Source: a virus. From it: DNA of 32,895 nt. Shown here in pieces: positions 22,481 to 29,104 of this stretch (its first letter is position 1; each line of letters begins with the position of its first letter). The notes beneath the pieces are model-generated. The model ran no database searches, was not told the origin of the DNA, and saw only the letters and a list, made by a program, of their open reading frames with translations. The translations under genes and the position numbers were made by a program. The DNA lies in IMG/VR virus record IMGVR_UViG_3300031597_000003, positions 1-32,895 of that record. One strand, 5' to 3'.

Positions 22481-22888
22481 ATGTCTGATTTTGAATTAGT
22501 TTGTAGCAAATTAGAGCAGGTTCGGCGTTCGGGTAATAAGGCTATGGCCTTGTGTCCTGCGCACGATGACAAGTCGCACTCGCTCAGTATCTTATACCGC
22601 GAGGCCGATGATAGGGTGCTACTCAATTGCTTTGCGCAGGACTGTAGCGCAGAGTCGATTCTAAAGGCCGTAGGGCTTGCGTGGCGGGATATCTACCCTA
22701 AAGAGGGGTTACCCTATACCCCTAAGGCAAACAAGCACACACGCGAGCAGGTGAAGTCTGCCGAGTGGCTGCTAGAATTAGTACCAGTATGGTCTCGCGA
22801 GGGGGTAGCATTTAGTGAGAAGGATCGGGCAGATATCTACAAGGCTCAGCGGATAGTTAATGGCGCGAAGGCGAGGGGGATAATATGA
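22481..22888 (+). CDS. 135-aa primase-type zinc-ribbon protein with no recognisable catalytic primase domain.
   Basis: ALCPAHDDKSHSLSI...LNCFAQDCS is the CHC2-type zinc-binding motif of phage and plasmid primases. Starts at the internal ATG of listed ORF 22457..22888. Confidence 0.65.
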   Translation: MSDFELVCSKLEQVRRSGNKAMALCPAHDDKSHSLSILYREADDRVLLNCFAQDCSAESILKAVGLAWRDIYPKEGLPYTPKANKHTREQVKSAEWLLELVPVWSREGVAFSEKDRADIYKAQRIVNGAKARGII

Positions 22889-23493
22889 ACGGATGGATCA
22901 GGCTCGACAGGGCTATTCAAGATAATTTTCTATGGCAAGAACCTCAAGCGTTGAAGTTATGGTTGCATCTGCTGATGGCTGCGTCCTTAACGGATAAAGC
23001 GACAGCGTTTAACGGCAAGATGCTCACCATCAAGAGGGGGCAACTGGTCTTCGGTTTGAATGCCGCAAGCGCCAGATTAAATATATCAGTACGGCGTCTG
23101 CGAAAGTACCTAGATTGGTTTGAAACTGATGACATGATTGACAAGCAAGTGACAAACAAATTCTCAATCATTTCAATAACTAACTACTCACAGTATCAAG
23201 ATGTGGGCAAGCAAACGCCAAGCAAGAGTCAGGCAACTGCCAAACAAAGGGCAACAACTATACAAGTAAACAAAGAACAATCTATACCGCCGACAGTAGA
23301 TGAAGTGAGGGCGTATTGTGACTCTCGCAGCAACGGAATAGACCCTGAAATGTTTATCGCGTTTTACGAGGCGCGCGGGTGGAAGATAGGCAAAGACAGA
23401 ATGAAGTCATGGAAAGCCTGTGTGGTTACATGGGAGAAGCGTAGGCAAGAGCAGACCCCTACTCGCGAAGCATCATGGGGGGTGGAGCTATGA
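22885..23493 (+). CDS. 202-aa putative replisome organiser / replication initiator (winged-helix N-domain).
   Basis: Contains WIRLDRAIQDNFLW...RGQLVFG...LNISVRRLRKYLDWFE and a C-terminal FYEARGWKIGKDRMKSWKACVVTWEKR. Sits between the Zn-ribbon and helicase genes. Confidence 0.55.
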   Translation: MNGWIRLDRAIQDNFLWQEPQALKLWLHLLMAASLTDKATAFNGKMLTIKRGQLVFGLNAASARLNISVRRLRKYLDWFETDDMIDKQVTNKFSIISITNYSQYQDVGKQTPSKSQATAKQRATTIQVNKEQSIPPTVDEVRAYCDSRSNGIDPEMFIAFYEARGWKIGKDRMKSWKACVVTWEKRRQEQTPTREASWGVEL

Positions 23494-24455
23494 GGTTGCC
23501 GCAAGGACTAGAGCTAGACCAATACCTTGAACTCACTGGCATGATGGAAGCATCTCAGATCCACTCGGCGGGCAGGTGGCATGATGAGGTAGTCGAGCGA
23601 TCCAAAGGCCAAAAGATATGGGGCGCTAAGTTTCCGTGGCCTAAAACTCATGACACGTTTCGGCTAAGGCAGGGCGAACTTACCTTGCTCGCAGGGGCTA
23701 ACGCCTCGCGCAAATCAATGATCTGCGGGGAGATAATCCTACACCTGCTCAAGCATTCTAAGGTCTGCCTCGCGTCCCTTGAGATGAAGCCGAGCGAATC
23801 CCTGTACCGCATGTTAATGCAAGCGGCAGGGGCTAAGGATGGCGACCCTGCGGAGAATTTCATCTCTGAATTTAGCGAGTTCGTTGACCAAAACCTAGTG
23901 ATTTTTGATCAATTAGACACAGTTAAGCCAGAGAGGGTCTTGGCGATTATCACCTACTGCGCGAAGGAATTAGGCTGCAAGTATGTGTTCGTTGACTCCC
24001 TCGCGAAATGTGGCACGGGCTTTCAGGATTACTCTGCCGAGACAGAGTTCGTGAACAAGCTACAGCATTGCGCGAAGACACTAGACGTTGGCATCGTGCT
24101 AGTCGCGCACATTCGGAAGCCGCCACAGGCAGATGACAACTGGATACCCGACAAGTATTCCATTCGCGGTGCTAGCACCTTATCGGACATGGCAGATAAT
24201 GTGATTCTGACGGCGTCTAATCCCAAGAGAAAACAGCTCAAGGAATTAGCCAAACTGACCGAGTTAGATGAGAAGCAGCAGGAATATTTATCCAAACACA
24301 AAGACCAAAAACTCATCGTGGCGAAGCAAAGACACAGCGGCGGATGGGAAGGCACATACAATTTTTACTTTCACGACAACAGCTTACAGCTAACCGAGCA
24401 GGAGGATCGGCCTATAAGATTTTATTTCAATACAATTGTTGACAAGGACATTTAA
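23490..24455 (+). CDS. 321-aa DnaB / T7 gp4-type helicase domain protein (RecA fold).
   Basis: Walker-A-like GANASRKS. Walker B YVFVDSL. Also LVAHIRKP and KQRHSG. The ATG overlaps the previous stop (ATGA). Confidence 0.7.
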   Translation: MRLPQGLELDQYLELTGMMEASQIHSAGRWHDEVVERSKGQKIWGAKFPWPKTHDTFRLRQGELTLLAGANASRKSMICGEIILHLLKHSKVCLASLEMKPSESLYRMLMQAAGAKDGDPAENFISEFSEFVDQNLVIFDQLDTVKPERVLAIITYCAKELGCKYVFVDSLAKCGTGFQDYSAETEFVNKLQHCAKTLDVGIVLVAHIRKPPQADDNWIPDKYSIRGASTLSDMADNVILTASNPKRKQLKELAKLTELDEKQQEYLSKHKDQKLIVAKQRHSGGWEGTYNFYFHDNSLQLTEQEDRPIRFYFNTIVDKDI

Positions 24456-24493
24456 TATAGATTAAGATTATTAAACATTCTGAGGAGGATGAT

Positions 24494-24910
24494 ATGAAAT
24501 ACATCAAAGAGTGGCTCGCTGAGCCAACAACCGCAACACAATATCTTATTGACGGTGACATAGATTGGGACGTTGTACCCCAAGATGACATTGAAAAGAT
24601 GATCTTCTCTGTCCTGCATGACGCAGATGCGAACGAGTATCTGTGTGACATCATGCTCTATCACGCCGACCCTGAAGTCCTGCGAGGCTGCATCCATAAG
24701 CTAATTACGAACAAAGCTGACACGCTTACTTACTCTGTCATTTTCAGGGGTGAGATGCGCGAGGCTGTCCTGTCTTTCATTCGGGATGTTGCTACTCGCG
24801 AGATTGGTATAGCTGAGACTGCACTAGCTGTGTACGGTCACGAGTATGCGACTACTGAGCAGGTCATGCACAGCATTCGCGATGACATGCACGAACAAGC
24901 ATATTTCTAG
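24494..24910 (+). CDS. 138-aa hypothetical protein.
   Basis: Listed ORF. GAGGAGG upstream. Confidence 0.7.
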   Translation: MKYIKEWLAEPTTATQYLIDGDIDWDVVPQDDIEKMIFSVLHDADANEYLCDIMLYHADPEVLRGCIHKLITNKADTLTYSVIFRGEMREAVLSFIRDVATREIGIAETALAVYGHEYATTEQVMHSIRDDMHEQAYF

Positions 24911-24918
24911 GGGGTTTC

Positions 24919-25128
24919 ATGAAATTAATTGTAGACACTAAGAAAGCTCAGATACTCTTCTCATCATTACTCAACACGCAAATAGAGTGCAGAAGGATCG
25001 AAGAAGATGCAGATGCCTTAGCAAAGTACCCCACAATAGTGGGCATGGCGCAGCTAACAAAAGGTGTGATTGATGATGTATTAGACACACTGTTAGATGA
25101 GGAGGGGGATGAAGATGAAACAATCTGA
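24919..25128 (+). CDS. 69-aa hypothetical protein with an acidic C-terminus.
   Basis: Listed ORF. Confidence 0.65.
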   Translation: MKLIVDTKKAQILFSSLLNTQIECRRIEEDADALAKYPTIVGMAQLTKGVIDDVLDTLLDEEGDEDETI

Positions 25129-25558
25129 ATCAATAGCAAACCTAGCAGCCGCGATGGCTGCTGCACAGGGCGAGATGGGCGCAGCAGTCAAAGGCTCATC
25201 CAATCCATTCTTTAAATCTAGCTACGCATCACTTGGGGATGTGATCGAAGCAGTCAAAGCCCCGTTTGCAGCGCATGGCTTAAGCTATGTGCAATTCCCT
25301 GTAAGTGGTGAGGGTTCTGTCGGTCTGGCTACGAGGCTGATGCACTCCTCTGGCGAGTGGCTAGAGCAATCGTTCTTTATCCCTCTCGCGAAGATGGATG
25401 CCCAGTCTGTCGGGTCATGTCTTTCTTATGCAAGACGCTATAGTTTGCAAGCCATTGCGGGAATTCCGTCTGAGGATGACGATGGCAACGCTGCATCCAC
25501 TAAGCCTAAGCACCCTTCACATCCTGCAGCGAAACAGTCTGCGCCGGATTTCTTCTAA
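25115..25558 (+). CDS. erf: 147-aa Erf-family single-strand annealing protein.
   Basis: KGSSNPFFKSSYASLGDVIEAVKAPFAAHGL and SYARRYSLQAIAGIPSEDDDG parallel P22 Erf (NSFGKYKYRSCEDILEGVKPLL and SYARKYCLNGLFGIDD). Start chosen after GAGGAGGGGG. Confidence 0.8.
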   Translation: MKQSESIANLAAAMAAAQGEMGAAVKGSSNPFFKSSYASLGDVIEAVKAPFAAHGLSYVQFPVSGEGSVGLATRLMHSSGEWLEQSFFIPLAKMDAQSVGSCLSYARRYSLQAIAGIPSEDDDGNAASTKPKHPSHPAAKQSAPDFF

Positions 25559-25582
25559 TGAGAAGGGATGTACGATGCGGGA

Positions 25583-25636
25583 CTTGCAGTCAATGGGTAG
25601 AGCCAAATTACTACCCGTTCTGCAAGCCTTGCAAGG
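25583..25636 (+). other. Two-tier hairpin (7-bp CTTGCAG/CTGCAAG plus 6-bp GGGTAG/CTACCC, 10-nt loop), immediately followed by the 10-bp palindrome CCTTGCAAGG. Lies between erf and exo.
   Basis: Read directly. No U-tract. Confidence 0.7.
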
Positions 25637-25672
25637 ATCTAATAGACCTAACTAATAAACTATGGAGGACGC

Positions 25673-26272
25673 ATGAGAATAATAGATTGCGAACAGGGCA
25701 GTCAGGAGTGGCTGTCAGCTAGGCTAGGCGTACCGTCAGCCTCACAGTTTTCTAAGATAGTCACTGGCAAAGGGGGCAAGTCCACACAGGTAGAGGCTTA
25801 CATCAATCAGCTAGTCGCTGAAGAGTTAACAGGCGAGACCACCTTGGTCTACGTCAACGAACACATGAAGCGAGGCACTGAGCTAGAACCGGATGCGCGT
25901 GAATTGTACGAAGCCCTTACAGGTAATACCGTTAAGGAGCTAGGGTTCTGTCTGCACGATACTGTGAACGCAGGTTGTTCGCCAGACGGATTAGTGGGGG
26001 AGGACGGCGGGCTAGAAATCAAATGCCCTGCCCCTGCTACGCATGTTGAGTGGGTGAAGGCAGGAGTCGTGCCTTCTAAACACTTGCAGCAGATCATGGG
26101 GTGCTTGTGGATCACAGGCAGATCGTGGTGGGACTTCATGTCCTATCACCAGACCATGAAACCTTTGATCGTTCGTGTTGAACGCGATGAGGAATACATA
26201 GAAGCATTGGCAGAACATGTAACCAATGCAGCGTTAAAAATCAAACAAGATGTTAACCAATACTTTCAGTAG
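25673..26272 (+). CDS. 199-aa YqaJ / lambda-exonuclease-type recombination exonuclease.
   Basis: QGSQEWLSARLGVPSASQFSKIVT, and the PD-(D/E)XK core SPDGLV...GLEIKCP. Confidence 0.85.
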   Translation: MRIIDCEQGSQEWLSARLGVPSASQFSKIVTGKGGKSTQVEAYINQLVAEELTGETTLVYVNEHMKRGTELEPDARELYEALTGNTVKELGFCLHDTVNAGCSPDGLVGEDGGLEIKCPAPATHVEWVKAGVVPSKHLQQIMGCLWITGRSWWDFMSYHQTMKPLIVRVERDEEYIEALAEHVTNAALKIKQDVNQYFQ

Positions 26273-26281
26273 GAGATTGTG

Positions 26282-26521
26282 ATGAGTGATTATGATGATA
26301 CAAACCGTGGCGCACTGTTCAAGAATGAGCGCAAAGAGATTGAGACACACGCTGACTACAATGGCACGATCAATGTAGGTGGTCAGGAATACTGGCTGAA
26401 CTCGTGGCTTAAGGAATCGAAGAACGGCAAGAAGTACATGAGCCTGTCGGTTAAGCCGAAGGATGCTCAGTCTGCACCCGCACCAAAGGTGGATGTTGCT
26501 TTAGAAGATATGCCATTTTAA
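26282..26521 (+). CDS. 79-aa mini SSB-like protein ending in an SSB-type acidic tip (LEDMPF).
   Basis: ATG at 26282 with AGGAG 6 nt upstream. Occupies the SSB slot after erf and exo. Core is ADYNGTINVGGQEYWLNSWLKESKNGKKYMSLSVKPKD. C-terminus is VDVALEDMPF. Confidence 0.6.
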   Translation: MSDYDDTNRGALFKNERKEIETHADYNGTINVGGQEYWLNSWLKESKNGKKYMSLSVKPKDAQSAPAPKVDVALEDMPF

Positions 26522-26527
26522 TTTATT

Positions 26528-26543
26528 GGGGGCGCAAGCCCCC
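26528..26543 (+). terminator. Hairpin GGGGGC-GCAA-GCCCCC followed by UUAUCCUU, 7 nt after the stop. Candidate attenuating terminator.
   Basis: Read directly. Its 3' arm and tail, GCCCCCTTATC, are identical to those of the capsid-gene hairpin. Confidence 0.6.
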
Positions 26544-26560
26544 TTATCCTTGGAGGAAGT

Positions 26561-26794
26561 ATGCACATAGGCCAAGCAATTAGATGCGCACATGCCATTA
26601 AGAACATCAAGCACATCAGGGTAGCGCAGCAAATAGGCGTGAGTGCAGCCAATTACTCTCACGCTTTGACCCAACAGGGGATGCAGGTTAAACGCTACAA
26701 ACAGATATGTGACGCGCTTGGCATGAGCATGGATGATTTATTTAAAATAGGAGAAGAGTATGCTGACGTTGACACAGACGAACCAACAAGTTAG
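26561..26794 (+). CDS. 77-aa XRE/Cro-type HTH protein.
   Basis: IRVAQQIGVSAANYSHAL. GGAGGAAG lies upstream. Confidence 0.7.
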   Translation: MHIGQAIRCAHAIKNIKHIRVAQQIGVSAANYSHALTQQGMQVKRYKQICDALGMSMDDLFKIGEEYADVDTDEPTS

Positions 26795-26936
26795 AGAGAA
26801 ATTAGAGAAAGACTTGGAGTTGTTCTTCGGCAAGGGCGGGCAAGTTAGACACCTACCTCCCTGCACCTACTCCAATCATATACTAACAGAGAAGCAGCGG
26901 TTCGATGCTCGCTTCGGTCAGAGGGGGAAGAAATGA
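26760..26936 (+). CDS. 58-aa hypothetical protein (too short for the ORF track).
   Basis: Hand translation gives MLTLTQTNQQVREKLEKDLELFFGKGGQVRHLPPCTYSNHILTEKQRFDARFGQRGKK. AGGAG lies 9 nt upstream. The stop overlaps the next ATG (ATGA). Confidence 0.5.
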   Translation: MLTLTQTNQQVREKLEKDLELFFGKGGQVRHLPPCTYSNHILTEKQRFDARFGQRGKK

Positions 26937-27355
26937 CTGATATAAATCAGGGGGATTTCTGGGTGGTAGATGACAGGCGTTCGCTTGAAGCCTTCATCAA
27001 GATGATGACCCAGATGTACGAGGAGAAGAAGTATCTTACACTCAAGATCAAGGGTGGGAAGACTAGAACATCAGCCCAGAACAACGCATTGCATGTGTAC
27101 TGCCGACTACTAGGCGAGAAGCTGAATGACTCAGGGTTTGACATGAGGCGAATCATCAAGCAGGAGGTGGATATACCTTGGTCACCCTCTCTCGTGAAGC
27201 AGTACCTGTGGAAGCCCGTGCAAACTGTGGTCACGGGAGAGGAGTCTACCGCGAAAGTGGCTTCAGAGGATTACCATAGGGTGTACTCTGTACTTAGCAG
27301 ACATCTCGGTGAGAAATTTGGTGTGCATGTAGAGTTTCCTAGCAGAAAATCATGA
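26933..27355 (+). CDS. ninB: 140-aa NinB (lambda Orf)-like recombination mediator.
   Basis: RTSAQNNALHVYCRLLGEKL parallels lambda RSLDQNRKLWACLGDVSRQV. STAKVASEDYHRVYSVLSRHLGEKFGV parallels STSRMRVGEFAELLELIQAFGTERGV. Confidence 0.65.
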   Translation: MTDINQGDFWVVDDRRSLEAFIKMMTQMYEEKKYLTLKIKGGKTRTSAQNNALHVYCRLLGEKLNDSGFDMRRIIKQEVDIPWSPSLVKQYLWKPVQTVVTGEESTAKVASEDYHRVYSVLSRHLGEKFGVHVEFPSRKS

Positions 27356-27531
27356 TACTATTCAAAGAGTTTCAAGACGCACTCGAAGAAGCCAAATGGT
27401 GTGCTGATAATGAACAGCAAGCCTACGCGATTGTCGTTTATAAGACGGGCTTTAAAGTTAGTAGGCTTTCTAGAATGTACCAATACAAAGGCATAGTGTT
27501 AGAGGTCGGACACCGTGAGGACGCATCATGA
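27352..27531 (+). CDS. 59-aa hypothetical protein (too short for the ORF track).
   Basis: Hand translation gives MILFKEFQDALEEAKWCADNEQQAYAIVVYKTGFKVSRLSRMYQYKGIVLEVGHREDAS. ATGA overlaps at both ends. Confidence 0.6.
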   Translation: MILFKEFQDALEEAKWCADNEQQAYAIVVYKTGFKVSRLSRMYQYKGIVLEVGHREDAS

Positions 27532-27728
27532 ATGATCAACCGCAGTACAATCCACCGGAAGATGTGAAGGCTGTATCTAAGACATACTCTGTCATGTCCA
27601 AGCTGTTTAGTCTCGCTCTACTCAAGCTGCGCTACGATAAAATGAATACGGCGAGCCAGATCCGAGCTGAGAAAACCATGTTTGCATTGCTTCACGAGAG
27701 AAACTGGGATGCCAAGAGCGACCGATAG
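27528..27728 (+). CDS. 66-aa hypothetical protein.
   Basis: Listed ORF. Confidence 0.6.
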   Translation: MNDQPQYNPPEDVKAVSKTYSVMSKLFSLALLKLRYDKMNTASQIRAEKTMFALLHERNWDAKSDR

Positions 27729-28167
27729 GCGAAAAAAGCGCAAGTCTAGACCAAAGACTAAGACTAGCGCCATGCTCAAGCAGGAATGCTACAGGGCGAT
27801 ACAGAAGCTCGCGAGGATAGCTGCGGCAGATGATCAAGGTTACTGCTCTTGTGTCTCCTGCGGCGTTACAAAGCACTACAAGGACATGCAGGGTGGACAC
27901 TTTATCCCCAAGGGCAACTCATCTTACTGGGCATTAGAGATAGAGAACATCCATCCTCAGTGTGCAGGGTGCAACATGTGGGGTATGAGGCATGGTTCTG
28001 CTGCTCAAGAGTATACCATGTGGATGGAAGACATGTATGGAAGAGACTTTGTCAAGGACATGATTGCTAAAAAGTCGTCCCCTGTGAAGCGATACAAGGC
28101 AGACTACGAGCAACTGTTGGCAGGGTTTACTGAGCTTATCCGTAAACACGAGAGGAGGATTACATGA
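27709..28167 (+). CDS. ninG: 152-aa NinG/Rap-like recombination endonuclease.
   Basis: Basic N-terminus, then CSCVSCG...MQGGHFIPKG...ENIHPQCAGCN, the NinG-type CxxC...GH...N..QC..CN pattern. Starts at an internal ATG of listed ORF 27682..28167. Confidence 0.65.
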   Translation: MPRATDRRKKRKSRPKTKTSAMLKQECYRAIQKLARIAAADDQGYCSCVSCGVTKHYKDMQGGHFIPKGNSSYWALEIENIHPQCAGCNMWGMRHGSAAQEYTMWMEDMYGRDFVKDMIAKKSSPVKRYKADYEQLLAGFTELIRKHERRIT

Positions 28168-28631
28168 ATTTCTATCAGGCTGTTGCCGAGTTAGCCAAGA
28201 CACATGGCAATGCTCGCAAGAATCTACACAACCCGCACACCGAACAGAAGGCTTTGGTGGAAGATCAAGACCCAATCGGCATGATGGGCGAGCTATACTT
28301 CGCTTTGATGTACGGCTATGCAGCAGACCTAAAAGAAAAGATTTCAGGCGATGATGGTTACGACTTCACAATTCCGCTAAAGTTTACGGTAGATGTAAAG
28401 ACAACAGTTAAAACACCGAACGCTAAGAATCTATTCGTCAAGCAAGGCACAGTCAAAGCCGACATATACGTTCTCGCGATGTACGATGATGAGAAAGTAC
28501 ACATGGTCGGGTGGGCTTGGGGGAAAGAATTACTAGCAATTACCCCTCGCGACTTTGGTAGGGGTAATATTAACCACTATATACCCATAGAAAAGCTAAG
28601 ATCTATGGACTCATTAACCGTAAGGATGTAA
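28164..28631 (+). CDS. 155-aa putative PD-(D/E)XK-fold nuclease-like protein.
   Basis: GELYFA...GDDGYDF...FTVDVKT gives an E...D...(D/E)xK arrangement. ATGA overlap with ninG. Confidence 0.5.
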   Translation: MNFYQAVAELAKTHGNARKNLHNPHTEQKALVEDQDPIGMMGELYFALMYGYAADLKEKISGDDGYDFTIPLKFTVDVKTTVKTPNAKNLFVKQGTVKADIYVLAMYDDEKVHMVGWAWGKELLAITPRDFGRGNINHYIPIEKLRSMDSLTVRM

Positions 28632-28634
28632 AAG

Positions 28635-28856
28635 ATGGACGAAGAAATCTACATAGAGATGGTGTCCTCTGAAGAAGCATACGAGTGGATCAACGATATG
28701 ATACAAACCCTTGAAGGTCATGACCGTGATGTCATAGGTACAATAGGGTTGATGCTTGAAGACCTAACCGATTTCGTAAACAAGAATGAGTTCATGAAGA
28801 AGCACTTCATGCAGTTCATTGAAGATAAACATGAAGGCGAGGAGTTAATACATTGA
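28635..28856 (+). CDS. 73-aa acidic hypothetical protein.
   Basis: Listed ORF. Confidence 0.65.
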   Translation: MDEEIYIEMVSSEEAYEWINDMIQTLEGHDRDVIGTIGLMLEDLTDFVNKNEFMKKHFMQFIEDKHEGEELIH

Positions 28857-29104
28857 GCGCAACAGACCATCAAGTGGCAGGTGACCACTACAAGAAGCTA
28901 AAGATTCAACCTATTGAATACATCCTCGCGAATGAGATGCAGTTCTGTGAGGGGGCAATCATCAAGTACATCTCTCGGTGGAGAGACAAGGGTGGGATAG
29001 AAGACCTGCGGAAGATCAAACACTTCTGCGACTTCTTGATTGAGAACGAGGTTCAGGAAGCACCCCTCGCTGACATGAGCGAGAGGCGCGTCCCTAAGTT
29101 TTAG
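28853..29104 (+). CDS. 83-aa DUF3310-family phage protein (TTG start).
   Basis: GDHYKKLKIQPIEYI...GAIIKYISRWRDKGGIEDLRKIKHF matches the DUF3310 pattern (HY...qPie.i...KY..R...K...eDL.Ka). GAGGAG lies upstream. Confidence 0.75.
   Translation: MSATDHQVAGDHYKKLKIQPIEYILANEMQFCEGAIIKYISRWRDKGGIEDLRKIKHFCDFLIENEVQEAPLADMSERRVPKF

Noticed and set aside
25398-25655. 85-aa plus-strand ORF overlapping the erf 3' end and the erf-exo gap.
   Set aside because: Most of it is out of frame inside erf. The remaining 26 codons coincide with the two-tier hairpin, which explains the open frame better than coding does.
29066-29083. Hairpin CTCGCT-gacatg-AGCGAG as a bidirectional terminator at the convergence point.
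   Set aside because: The stem is 6 bp and lies inside the DUF3310 coding sequence. There is no flanking U/A tract immediately adjacent on either strand.
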